Assembly: GCA_902593945.1 (NCBI GenBank)
Contig: CACJKA010000001.1
Coordinates: 105,905 to 169,904, forward strand
Reading direction: 5' to 3'
From: an uncultured Candidatus Poseidoniales archaeon
Lineage (GTDB): Archaea; Thermoplasmatota; Poseidoniia; Poseidoniales; Thalassarchaeaceae
Length of the DNA: 64,000 bases
The notes under the pieces are model-generated. The model searched no databases. It had not been told where the DNA came from and saw only the letters and a program-made list of their open reading frames with translations. This document shows positions 45,097 to 55,025 of the stretch, in pieces. The position numbers and the translations under genes are program-made. Positions within the stretch are counted from its first letter, which is position 1. The number at the start of each line of letters is the position of its first letter.

Positions 45097-46074
45097 ATGC
45101 CTGTACTCAATGTTGCCTTTGTTGGTTCAGAATCATTAGCAAAAAAAATTGCTAAAAAAGGTGATGTCAGAGATATTGAGTCTTATGTGTATAAAGAAGA
45201 AAGAAATGGAGAAATAGGAATTATTTCATTACTTAGGCCTCTGAAACATCCAGAAAAAATAAGGCCATTACTTTCGGTATTGAATGTGGCTAAAGTAGGA
45301 ATAATCGAGATATCAAAGGTTGATTCTGCATTAGGGGAAATATGTGTATCATTTGGATGTGCTAAAATAGAGAAAGGGTTAGTAATTATTAATTCTCAAG
45401 TTGGCGATTGGGTTGATCCTGAACAGGTGAGAATTATTCTAGAACAATCAGGGCTGAAAAACTGGGAATTATTTGAGCAGTTGCCGGATGAACATAGTAT
45501 TCGTGAAAAATTATTTTCTTTCATGGATAATCTAGAAAGAGAAGTTTCATCATTAATCCTACCTGTTGACCAATTCTTTAATGTAAAAGGCGTTGGATTA
45601 GTGGCAATAGGTTATGTACAATCTGGCACTGTATCAAAACATGACACAATACAAGTATTGCCCGCAGATGAAAATGGAATTGTTCGAAGTTTACAAGTTA
45701 TGGATGATGATGTTGACACTGCTATTTCAGGCGATAGAGTAGGCTTGGCAATAAGAAATCTAAGAGAAGAGGCGCTTCATAGAGGTTGTATGGTTGTACA
45801 TGCCAATTCTAATGTATTGAATAAAAATTTATCATCCACACTCAGTATTATTAAAGCGCCATTTCAAAAAAGAGTTTTACAAATCGGTGACGTCATACAC
45901 GCAGCAGTAGATATGCAATTTATTGTAGGTAGGGTAAAAAATATTGAAGGCCAAAATTTGACTATCGATTGGGAAGTACCACTTTGGACAAGAAAAGAAA
46001 ATAGTCCTCCAATAATTATTACTCAATTGGATGCTGAACCTATGAGGATAATAGGGACTACAGTTTTACAATAA
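45097..46074 (+). CDS. EF-Tu/SelB-like protein with degenerate G domain (probable pseudo-GTPase) and intact domain II beta-barrel
   Basis: Domain II pattern VDQFFNVKGVGLVAIGYVQSGTVSKHDTIQVLP...VRSLQVMDDDVDTAISGDRVGLAIRNL. The N-terminal VAFVGSESLAKKIAKKG replaces the GxxxxGK[ST] P-loop. Confidence 0.6.
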   Translation: MPVLNVAFVGSESLAKKIAKKGDVRDIESYVYKEERNGEIGIISLLRPLKHPEKIRPLLSVLNVAKVGIIEISKVDSALGEICVSFGCAKIEKGLVIINSQVGDWVDPEQVRIILEQSGLKNWELFEQLPDEHSIREKLFSFMDNLEREVSSLILPVDQFFNVKGVGLVAIGYVQSGTVSKHDTIQVLPADENGIVRSLQVMDDDVDTAISGDRVGLAIRNLREEALHRGCMVVHANSNVLNKNLSSTLSIIKAPFQKRVLQIGDVIHAAVDMQFIVGRVKNIEGQNLTIDWEVPLWTRKENSPPIIITQLDAEPMRIIGTTVLQ

Positions 46075-46165
46075 AGCGGCAGATGAAAAAACCCTCAACA
46101 AGTGACATGAATTTATACTCAACAAACCGAGTTATTATATCGTTAATGAGTAACTCGCGGGCTGG

Positions 46166-47887
46166 ATGCACACGTTCGGGCGTAATGCCCGACCGGATGA
46201 GGGAGAGTCGGCAACGTTCGGCAACCTCTCTTTGGTTGGGGTAAGGGGTAAGTTCAGGATAGAAATAACCAAGCGTCAGCTAGTAATTTCCAACGATGTG
46301 AGAAAAGGTATCAAATTAAATTTAGCATCTATTTCAAGAATAAGGGCTATCGATATTCCAACAATCCCCGGGGGGGCAATAATTTGGGGTTCTGCGGCAT
46401 GCTACCTAGGTGCGACAATACTAATTCCTCCATTAGGTTATGCAGTTTCTCTTTTAGGAGGGCTTTCAGTTCTATCACACTTTTACTTCAAAACACCCGC
46501 ATTAGTAATTGAAACCAATATTGGCGATAGACATATCATCCAATCAAGATTAAATGATCAAGAAGTTCTATTGAAAGTCCAAATGATGATTGAAAAAGTT
46601 AGTAATGGCCAATCTGTTAGAGATGCAAAGAATATTTTGGAAAGAGAATTTAGACATGAAAATAAAGAAAAGGTAATCCCTAAAGCTCTTTTGAACGCAC
46701 CTTCTGTTAACAATTTAGTTCCTGATGTAAATCCAGATTTACAACTAGAGAGAAATTTCTCTAGTATATCTGAAACAAGATTTCAGAATAATTTCGAAGA
46801 AAGTAATATACAGTTGTTTGATAATCAGGATTCTGTAATTAAAAATCAATTTAGTACACCTATAATCCCGGATTTTGGCTATACTGAAGATATTCAGAAA
46901 ACCTCCGCTTATGAGCAAACTTGGGGTAGAAATGAACCTGAATGGTATAATGAAAAGAAACCTAGTAGCCTTCTAGAATCTGCATTAGAAGATGCAACGG
47001 AAACAATGGAAACCGGTGTTTTCGGATTTGGATTTGAAGCCGGAGGGCTTTTCGATTCTGAACCTGCCAAATCATCATCTAATGAACCTGTAAATTATTC
47101 ATCACCAGAGAAAACTAACCTGCCTGAACAATATATCTCAAATAATCATCAAAATAATAGAGAAATAAATTCAATTTTTGATTCGGAATATTCTACAGAA
47201 GCAAATATAACGAGAAGTATGTCAAGTGCTGAAATGATTAGAGCTGCAAATGGACTAAATCGTAGTCCCATGAATAATTATTCAAGATCTTTACCTGAAC
47301 CTACTGATGAAGCAGTTCGAACTGAATGTAAACCTGGTTTAGTAAAGAGAGCCAAGGCGCAACAGTCATTACATAGGAAAGCACAAATTATTGCAGCCTT
47401 GCCTGCACCGGCTGATTTAGGAGAATATCCTGGATTAGCTAAAATGGCAAATTCATATGGAGAAGGAAAACTTTCTCTAAGAAAGCAGCCTGTAAAGAGG
47501 AAAAAAATCGGATTAATTGAAAGGTTACTAGTTCCAAGACATCGTAATTATGAGAGAAGAGAATTAGATTATTCATCAGAATATGGTGACCCTGATGGGA
47601 TTAAAGCAATTGAAGGGTCAAGATTCCAATCAAAGCAACATCTCAGAATTAGAAGTGATCAAGAACATCAAGCAGACATCAATAATAGACTTAGAAGAAT
47701 AAATACAACTGAACCGTCTTCTGGAAAAGATGCATTAGATCGAGTAGTCATTAGGGTTTCGAGAGGAGAAGAACATAGCCCAACAGAATTGACCAATGAA
47801 CAGCCACTACTAAGATTTAATCAAATGCGTAGAACATCGAATAGTAACGATAAAGGACACTTGAAAGGAATTAAAAGACTGGATTAA
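46166..47887 (+). CDS. Hypothetical membrane-associated protein with long low-complexity polar C-terminal region
   Basis: N-terminal approx. 130 aa contain a PH-like segment interrupted by two TM helices (IPTIPGGAIIWGSAACYLGATILIPPLGYAVSLLGGLSVL). The remaining approx. 400 aa are N/S/E/P-rich. The start is uncertain (GC-rich 5' end; TTG at 46232 is possible). Confidence 0.5.
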   Translation: MHTFGRNARPDEGESATFGNLSLVGVRGKFRIEITKRQLVISNDVRKGIKLNLASISRIRAIDIPTIPGGAIIWGSAACYLGATILIPPLGYAVSLLGGLSVLSHFYFKTPALVIETNIGDRHIIQSRLNDQEVLLKVQMMIEKVSNGQSVRDAKNILEREFRHENKEKVIPKALLNAPSVNNLVPDVNPDLQLERNFSSISETRFQNNFEESNIQLFDNQDSVIKNQFSTPIIPDFGYTEDIQKTSAYEQTWGRNEPEWYNEKKPSSLLESALEDATETMETGVFGFGFEAGGLFDSEPAKSSSNEPVNYSSPEKTNLPEQYISNNHQNNREINSIFDSEYSTEANITRSMSSAEMIRAANGLNRSPMNNYSRSLPEPTDEAVRTECKPGLVKRAKAQQSLHRKAQIIAALPAPADLGEYPGLAKMANSYGEGKLSLRKQPVKRKKIGLIERLLVPRHRNYERRELDYSSEYGDPDGIKAIEGSRFQSKQHLRIRSDQEHQADINNRLRRINTTEPSSGKDALDRVVIRVSRGEEHSPTELTNEQPLLRFNQMRRTSNSNDKGHLKGIKRLD

Positions 47888-48849
47888 GTTAATCCTACTA
47901 TTCTTCTATATCTATCTACTCGGGCATGATACTGTCCACGTTCTAACTTTGAGATACTCGAACAACCCAATGATCCTAAGGTAAAAGAAGCAGTTACTGT
48001 GGCATGGACTAGAGCATTACGGATTACTTCAATATCATTTAATGCACCATCCCTACCAGAAATATTTGCTAAGAACGCTCCTGCAAATGAATCGCCACAT
48101 CCTGTTGGGTCAACTACATTGCTAATAGGATAGGAAGGTAGAGAAATTAGGCCAAATGGGAATTTACCAATCACTCCCCCACTCCCTCTTTTGACAATTA
48201 CACATCTAGGGCCTGGGCCCGCATTTTCTCCTCCAAATAAAGCGGCTCCAGACTGGATTGAACTGATTGCTCGAGGAAGTACTTCGTCTCCTGCAATAGC
48301 ACAAACTTCTTCTTCATTTAGTATAGCAATATCCACCTTACGCAGTGCCTCGGATAATTTGATTTTTTCTGAATTAATCCACAACATGAAACTATCTAAA
48401 GCAGTTATGACTGCACTAGGACATTGGTCAAGAACAGATACTTGCGTTGCAGGATGAGTGTTTGCACAGAATAATATCTCAGGTGAAGTCCAAGAAGTTG
48501 GAACTTCTGGGTTGAAATTTTCTAACACATTGATATCGGTCGAAATCGTTTCAGCATCTTCCATTGAGCCTTGATATCTGCCAGACCAGCGAAATGTTTC
48601 TCCATTTCTCATTTCAACACCTGCTAAATTAAGACCAGCTGATTCTAATCTTAATTGATCTGAGGGTGAGAAATCGTGCCCTACTGCACTAACTATTCCT
48701 ATATTTGGATTATTAGAAATATCATCAGAGCTATGAAATGCTGCAGATAACCCAGCATATGTCGCTGCACCTCCTAAAAGATCTGAACCTTCGGCTTCAG
48801 GAGTAGAAATATCATCATAACCTATGCTACCAACAATTACTATATCCAA
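47884..48849 (-). CDS. PfkB-family carbohydrate/nucleoside kinase
   Basis: C-terminal signature DPTGCGDSFAGAF. N-terminal GG dipeptide motif (DLLGGAATY). Confidence 0.8.
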   Translation of the reverse strand: MDIVIVGSIGYDDISTPEAEGSDLLGGAATYAGLSAAFHSSDDISNNPNIGIVSAVGHDFSPSDQLRLESAGLNLAGVEMRNGETFRWSGRYQGSMEDAETISTDINVLENFNPEVPTSWTSPEILFCANTHPATQVSVLDQCPSAVITALDSFMLWINSEKIKLSEALRKVDIAILNEEEVCAIAGDEVLPRAISSIQSGAALFGGENAGPGPRCVIVKRGSGGVIGKFPFGLISLPSYPISNVVDPTGCGDSFAGAFLANISGRDGALNDIEVIRNALVHATVTASFTLGSLGCSSISKLERGQYHARVDRYRRIVGLT

Positions 48850-48852
48850 AAT

Positions 48853-50199
48853 CTAGCCTCCCGATAGTAGGTTTGGGTGTTCTTCGAGATAATGTATAGT
48901 GATATCTCTTTTACGGAAGTCATTTTCAGATAAAATAGCAAGATGTAAAGGTATTAAAGTATCGACACCTAACAATTTTATCTCATTTAAAGCGGCAATC
49001 AGTTTGGAAATTGATTCATCTCTTGTTGGCGCCCAAACAATCAACTTGGCAAGTAAACTATCGAATGAAGCCGGCATATCATATCCGGTATGTGCATGAG
49101 TATCAATTCTTACACCTGGGCCACCTGGCCAATGACATTCCCATAATTTACCAGGTGAAGGAGATAGTGTAACAGGATTTTCTGCATTCAAACGTACTTG
49201 AATAGCATGTCCTCTAATGTGGATATCGTCTTGAATCAATTTTATTGATTCTCCAGATGCAACTCTAATTCCCATAGAAACTAAATCAGTCCCAGTAATC
49301 ATTTCGGTTACTGTATGCTCAACTTGAACTCTAGGATTTACTTCTAAGAAATAAAAATCTCCTCTGGAATCTCTTAGAAATTCAAATGTTGCTAGGCCAC
49401 AATAACCTACTGCTTTGGCTCCAGCCACTACCTTATCACCAATTTCTTTCCTAATTTCATCCGATAACCATGGTCCTTCTTCCAGTATCTTCTGATGCCT
49501 TCTTTGTATTGAACAAAACCTTTCTCCGAAATGAATAGCCTCTTTGCCGTCGCCTAGTACTTGAAATTCAATATGCTGAGCCCCCTCAATAAATTTTTCT
49601 AAAAACACTCTATCATCTCCGAAAGCGGATAAAGCACGACCCTGACATAATTTCATAGCAGATTCAAATTCATCTTCTGATTCTACCACTTGCATTCCAA
49701 TTCCTCCACCTCCTGCAGCAGCTTTGATAATTACAGGGAAACCAATGTCATTAGCGATTAAGGATGCTTCTTCAGGATTAGAAATCGGACCGGGTGAACC
49801 TTTGGCTACAGGTAGGCCTGCCTTAACCATAGCTTCTCTAGCCGTAATTTTGTCACCCAATAACTTTAGAACATCTGAACTTGGACCGATAAAAACAATT
49901 CCTTCTTCAGATAACCTTCTTGCAAATGTAGGATTTTCTGCTAGAAAGCCGTATCCTGGGTGCACAGCATCTGCACCAACATCCTTAGCAGCAGAAACTA
50001 TTGCTTCGATATCTAAATATGAAGCTAGAGGGTCATCTCGAGGAATGTATACTGACTCATCAGCTAATCTTACAGGGGTAGAAATACGATCTTCTCGACC
50101 ATAAATCATTACTGCCTCTATACCCAGAGAGTGTAGTGAACGGATAATTCTCAAAGCAATTTCACCGCGATTCGCAATGAGGACTCTCCTAAACATCAT
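48853..50199 (-). CDS. accC: Biotin carboxylase subunit of an acyl-CoA carboxylase
   Basis: RVLIANRGEIALRIIRS start, ATP-grasp motifs (GFPVIIKAAAGGGGIGMQVV, EVNPRVQVEHTVTE), 448 aa. Confidence 0.9.
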   Translation of the reverse strand: MMFRRVLIANRGEIALRIIRSLHSLGIEAVMIYGREDRISTPVRLADESVYIPRDDPLASYLDIEAIVSAAKDVGADAVHPGYGFLAENPTFARRLSEEGIVFIGPSSDVLKLLGDKITAREAMVKAGLPVAKGSPGPISNPEEASLIANDIGFPVIIKAAAGGGGIGMQVVESEDEFESAMKLCQGRALSAFGDDRVFLEKFIEGAQHIEFQVLGDGKEAIHFGERFCSIQRRHQKILEEGPWLSDEIRKEIGDKVVAGAKAVGYCGLATFEFLRDSRGDFYFLEVNPRVQVEHTVTEMITGTDLVSMGIRVASGESIKLIQDDIHIRGHAIQVRLNAENPVTLSPSPGKLWECHWPGGPGVRIDTHAHTGYDMPASFDSLLAKLIVWAPTRDESISKLIAALNEIKLLGVDTLIPLHLAILSENDFRKRDITIHYLEEHPNLLSGG

Positions 50200-50258
50200 T
50201 CTGTGGCAAACAAAGATACACTATGATTGCATCGGAATAGAAAGATAGAAATTGGCAA

Positions 50259-52100
50259 TTAATATACGTCTCTCAGATATCTTTTCTCTTTCTTCATCAT
50301 TACATCTTCAACAAATGACTTTGCATCTTCTGGAGTCATTCCACCATGTTCTGAACAAATATCAATCAATGTTTGATGAACATCTTTAGCCATACGTGAT
50401 TTATCCCCACAGACGTAGAAATATCCTCCACCATTGATCCAATTCCAGATTTCTACGCCATTCTTTTTCATTAGATGTTGGACATATACTTTTTCAGAAC
50501 CGTCACGAGACCAGGCGAGATCATGCTTGTTTAGAACGCCTCTTTCTGTCCAATCATCCATTTCTTCTTTGTAGTAATATTCTCCTGATTCTGTCCAATC
50601 ACCGAAAAATAACCAATTTCTTCCTTTATCGCCATTCAAATCTCTTTGTTGTAAAAATGCTCTGAAAGGAGCAATTCCAGTGCCTGGACCAACCATTATA
50701 CAATCTACATCGCCATTTTCTGGGAGTATAAAAGATCTTGTTGGGGACATGAAAACTCCGATAGGAGTCACACGAGGAAGGCATCTATCTGATAAATATC
50801 CAGTTGTTAATCCTGCTCTGTCTCTATCATGATGACTATACCTTACTATTCCGACAGTTAAATGTACAGTTCCTGGTTCGTGTTCAGGACTACTAGCAAT
50901 AGAATATAATCTTGGTTTCAAACGATCCATTCCATCTATAAAATCCTGAGGAGAAAATGATAAATTACTGAAATCCCTAAGAGTATCGATATAGTCTCTT
51001 GTCCAGATATAATCTTCCATTTCTTTGGAATCTGAAGTTAATTTTTTCCAAAGCACTTCCGTTGGGTCGTTAGGGGACATAATTTGAGAATATCCGGAAG
51101 GAGTATCTTCCTCATCTCCTGAACCTTCCCAACTAATTACAGAACTACCATCCGATGTTGAAACCCTATCTCTACTAACAATTCTAATCTCAATTGAACC
51201 ATCGTCACTTGCTACCTTAGGACCTAAATTTTCAATCCATTTTTTAGAAACTCTGTGAATCTCGTATCTTGTTGAAAGCGCTTCACGCAAACTGCATACT
51301 CCAAGATTTGTCTCTACTTCTTCATCGCCTGTGAAACCACCAATTGAAAGAAGATCTGACACAATTTCTGGTGGGCAGATTGGTACGACTCCAAGGGCAT
51401 CTCCTGCTTTGTATTCTAGTCCAGAATCACCTAAATCGAAAACAATATGTCGAGTTTCTTTCCCTGAACCTTCGCCGTTTAGAATGTAATTTTCTGTTAA
51501 GTAAGATGTGTAAGGGTTCTTCGCGCTCCATTCCGACTTTACCGATTTCTCTTTTACCACCGGGACCGCAACTTCTTGTTCAACTTCGTCATCAACTACA
51601 GTGCTCTCGTCAATAGCATCGGTTTCAATTGGAATATCTCTGTCTTCAATCTGGGCCATTTTCACGAGTACCGCATCTGACCAAATTTGTGCTGGCTCTT
51701 CAAAATCAACGTCACAATCAACTCTATCATGTATTCTTGTAGCGCCTTTAGACTCAAACCATTTATCCCATTCTTTTCCTGATTCACAAAAAAGATCATA
51801 TGAAGAATCACCTAAAGCTAATACTGAATAATGTAAGCCATTTAATGATTCAATATCTTCGTTATTTGCTGCTTCCCAAAGATCTTCAGCATTATCCGGT
51901 TGTTCTCCATCTCCCCAAGTACTACAACAAATTAACACCCTTGTCTGCTTAGGAATATCAGAAACAGATATTTCATCCATGGCCCTTACTGTTGGCTGTA
52001 AGTCATGTTTCAACGCTGCATTTCCAGTTTGAATAGCGACTTCTTCTGAATTACCTGATTGCGAGCCGTATAAAATTAAAATTGAACGAGCGCCGGACAT
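50259..52100 (-). CDS. Diflavin reductase (flavodoxin-like FMN domain + FAD/NADPH ferredoxin-reductase domain; CysJ / cytochrome P450 reductase family)
   Basis: ILILYGSQSGNSE flavodoxin start, RLYSIASS FAD motif, GPGTGIAPF NADPH motif, and a C-terminal ...YVCGDKSRMAKDV...YLRDVY. Confidence 0.85.
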   Translation of the reverse strand: MSGARSILILYGSQSGNSEEVAIQTGNAALKHDLQPTVRAMDEISVSDIPKQTRVLICCSTWGDGEQPDNAEDLWEAANNEDIESLNGLHYSVLALGDSSYDLFCESGKEWDKWFESKGATRIHDRVDCDVDFEEPAQIWSDAVLVKMAQIEDRDIPIETDAIDESTVVDDEVEQEVAVPVVKEKSVKSEWSAKNPYTSYLTENYILNGEGSGKETRHIVFDLGDSGLEYKAGDALGVVPICPPEIVSDLLSIGGFTGDEEVETNLGVCSLREALSTRYEIHRVSKKWIENLGPKVASDDGSIEIRIVSRDRVSTSDGSSVISWEGSGDEEDTPSGYSQIMSPNDPTEVLWKKLTSDSKEMEDYIWTRDYIDTLRDFSNLSFSPQDFIDGMDRLKPRLYSIASSPEHEPGTVHLTVGIVRYSHHDRDRAGLTTGYLSDRCLPRVTPIGVFMSPTRSFILPENGDVDCIMVGPGTGIAPFRAFLQQRDLNGDKGRNWLFFGDWTESGEYYYKEEMDDWTERGVLNKHDLAWSRDGSEKVYVQHLMKKNGVEIWNWINGGGYFYVCGDKSRMAKDVHQTLIDICSEHGGMTPEDAKSFVEDVMMKKEKRYLRDVY

Positions 52101-52226
52101 AATGAAACCTCAAGACAGTTGAACTATCCGAGTTGAAACATGTTTATGAATAGATGTCTAAAGAATAGTGAAGTTGTATCATCTTCGAAGCGATTAAATC
52201 AAGTCTTAGGTGTATAGTCGAGAGCC

Positions 52227-53018
52227 GTGATTCGCATCGACTTCTTGGGTACTGGGAACGCTTTCACCCCTTCTGGGAGGCTCCATGCATTGACTCTTAT
52301 TGATGGGAATATTTTGATTGATACTCCTCCGACTTTAATTACACAACTACGGAGAAAAGGTATTAAAACATCAGAAATAGAACATCTATTATTTACTCAT
52401 TGGCATGCAGATCATACATTCGGATTCCCATTCTTTATGCTTGAAAGGAAATATATTTCTGATCCTATGAAAGAACATGAACTGAAGATATATCTCAGAC
52501 CCGGGGGTAAAAAGAAACTCTCAAGTTTATGCAATGTAGGATTTCCAGGTAGCTTGGAAGAAATTGGAGATATGGCTGAATGGCGCGAAGAAGAAAAGTT
52601 GGAAATACTTGGGACTAATTGGAATTTTGAGAGATTTGCAGTTTGCCATACTCCTGAGACTGACCCTCATGGATATGAATTAACTCATAACTCTGGAATC
52701 AAAATATTACATTGTGGAGATTCCGGACCTTGTTTAGAAATTGAGAAGAGGGCAAAAAATGCGGATGTTGTAATACTTGAAATGGGGATGCCAGATATAG
52801 GAGATTTTCCTTATCACTATACACCTAGTGATATAGTAAAATTTTCAAATAAATTTCCTGGAAGCTTGATTTTAGTAACACATAATTATGCAAGTTCAAA
52901 GAATTTCTCAGAAGGATTTCAACCTCCTATTTTGCCAAAAGAAGTTTGTCAGTTAGAAGATGGAGATGCAATAGAAATTAATCAAAATGGCGAAATTAAA
53001 ATAATTAAAAATAGTTGA
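52227..53018 (+). CDS. Metallo-beta-lactamase-fold hydrolase
   Basis: HWHADH (HxHxDH) motif and IDFLGTGNAF start. GTG start as given in the ORF track. Confidence 0.8.
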   Translation: MIRIDFLGTGNAFTPSGRLHALTLIDGNILIDTPPTLITQLRRKGIKTSEIEHLLFTHWHADHTFGFPFFMLERKYISDPMKEHELKIYLRPGGKKKLSSLCNVGFPGSLEEIGDMAEWREEEKLEILGTNWNFERFAVCHTPETDPHGYELTHNSGIKILHCGDSGPCLEIEKRAKNADVVILEMGMPDIGDFPYHYTPSDIVKFSNKFPGSLILVTHNYASSKNFSEGFQPPILPKEVCQLEDGDAIEINQNGEIKIIKNS

Positions 53019-53224
53019 TTAAATGTTAATTTCTAAAGAAAATGGAAAAGAAAGGTTTGTTGGTTTAATAATGGAATTATAGATGAAATGTAACCTTCAC
53101 ATCACCTTAGTTTGGAATCACTTATTACCTCTAAGCGTCTCGTCAAGAATCCCCATTGTCGAGCGACCATCTGAGAGTGTGTCAATAGTGCATTGGAGAA
53201 TGCTGAGAACAATGGTGAGAAAAA

Positions 53225-54463
53225 ATGGACGGGAATATTTTTGAGAAAATACTCGGACAAGACTCATTATTTATAGATAGGAAAGCGTTTGAACATGCAT
53301 TCGAACCTAGTAATTTACCACACAGAGAACAAGAAGTAGATGCCCTAGTAAGAAATCTAGTTGATGCATTAAATGGCCATATACCATCAAATATGTTGCT
53401 TTATGGAGTACCAGGATCAGGAAAAACTGTAGTTACAAGATTTGTACTGAGTCAATTACTTGAGAAAGGGAAAGAGATGGGACATCCTGTTCAAACATAT
53501 GAAATAAATTGTAGGAATGTAGATACAAAATATAGAGTAGTACAAACATTAGCAAGTCAATTAAAACAGAGAGGAGACTATCTCATACCATTTACTGGTT
53601 GGCCGACAGATAGAGTACTTGAAACGCTAATTGAAAGAATGGATAGAGCAGGTGGAGTACATATTTTGGTTTTGGATGAGATTGATAACTTGGTTGCCAA
53701 GGCAGGTTCTGATCTACTTTACAGTCTAACAAATATGAATACATTATTGAGAAATGCTAGATGTTGTATTATTGGAATTAGTAATGATCTAAACTTCACT
53801 CAAGAACTTGATCCTAGAGTTAGTTCGAGATTGAGTCAAGAAGATGTTGTATTCCATCCTTATGGCGCTCAGGAGATTCAAGATATTCTTCAAGAGAGAG
53901 TGAAGATGGGGTTGAAAAATAATTCACTAGAAGTGGGAGTAGTTCCTCTATGTTCTGCTCTAGCAGCACAAGAACATGGCGATGCTAGAAGAGCTTTGGA
54001 CTTATTGAGAATATCTGTGCAAAAAGCAGAGCAAAGAGCTCAAAATAAAGTAGACCCGAAACACGTGCGTCTGGCTCAATCACAACTTGAACATGACCAA
54101 GTGACTCCGGTCCTACGAACTTTGCCTTTACATCAAAAGCTAGTATTGTTCTGCATAATAATTAATGAAGAAAATGGGTTGAGAAATATATCAACTGGAG
54201 AAATATTTAGAACTTATTCTGAGGCGTGTATGAAAATTAATATTGAAGCACTGACTCCAAGAAGAATTTCTACTTTACTAAATGAATTAGATACACTAGG
54301 ATTAATTATGGCCAGAAATGTAAGTAAAGGTAGAGGAGGAAGAAGTAAACAAGTAAATTCTGCAATACCAAAAGGCATTGATTCAATTAAGACTTTGAGT
54401 AAAAATGAGCCACTAATAGAAGAAGCTTCACAAGGAAAATACATGTTACAAGGCAGACTGTAA
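53225..54463 (+). CDS. cdc6: Orc1/Cdc6 replication initiator
   Basis: PHREQE box, Walker A GVPGSGKT, Walker B LVLDEID, sensor regions, and a C-terminal winged helix (...LNELDTLGLIMARNVSKGRGGRSK). Confidence 0.95.
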   Translation: MDGNIFEKILGQDSLFIDRKAFEHAFEPSNLPHREQEVDALVRNLVDALNGHIPSNMLLYGVPGSGKTVVTRFVLSQLLEKGKEMGHPVQTYEINCRNVDTKYRVVQTLASQLKQRGDYLIPFTGWPTDRVLETLIERMDRAGGVHILVLDEIDNLVAKAGSDLLYSLTNMNTLLRNARCCIIGISNDLNFTQELDPRVSSRLSQEDVVFHPYGAQEIQDILQERVKMGLKNNSLEVGVVPLCSALAAQEHGDARRALDLLRISVQKAEQRAQNKVDPKHVRLAQSQLEHDQVTPVLRTLPLHQKLVLFCIIINEENGLRNISTGEIFRTYSEACMKINIEALTPRRISTLLNELDTLGLIMARNVSKGRGGRSKQVNSAIPKGIDSIKTLSKNEPLIEEASQGKYMLQGRL

Positions 54464-54476
54464 CTTCAGTCGGTAA

Positions 54477-55025
54477 ATGAAAGCGTTAAACCAAAAGGGT
54501 AAGTCGCCGGTTGTGATAAACATGGTTCAGACAGACTGGAATGAGGCTCTAACAAAGCCAAGCAATATGATTTCAACTGCTGCATTAATGCTAGGGACAT
54601 GGATTATTTTGTTATCTCTAATCAATATGTTTGGTGGAGGAGCCGGTCAAGCAGGAAATAAAGTTGCTTGGATTGGATTCATTGGATTTGGAGGGGACGC
54701 TTTTGTCCCTTATGAGGATGGATTTATTCTTGATGATGTTATTTTTGCTGTTACCGGATTAATGTTGTTTGTTACAGGACTAAGAAATGCAGATGTCGCT
54801 AATTGGATAGAGAAAAATAAAGGAATGGATATGGTAAATAATCTAATTAGTGGAAAGAATGGAAAAGAGATTATTTCAAGTTGGCTTGTAGTAATTGGTG
54901 TCTCCTTCTACATAATTTGGAGTATTCAAAACGATACATGGGTAGACCCTGGTGTATACTCAGTTATGATTTCAATGGTAGCATTTGGTATCGCGTTAAA
55001 TATAAACTCGAGAGTAGAAAATTAA
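54477..55025 (+). CDS. Membrane protein (4 TM), unknown function
   Basis: 182-aa hydrophobic ORF immediately downstream of cdc6. No motif recognised. Confidence 0.5.
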   Translation: MKALNQKGKSPVVINMVQTDWNEALTKPSNMISTAALMLGTWIILLSLINMFGGGAGQAGNKVAWIGFIGFGGDAFVPYEDGFILDDVIFAVTGLMLFVTGLRNADVANWIEKNKGMDMVNNLISGKNGKEIISSWLVVIGVSFYIIWSIQNDTWVDPGVYSVMISMVAFGIALNINSRVEN

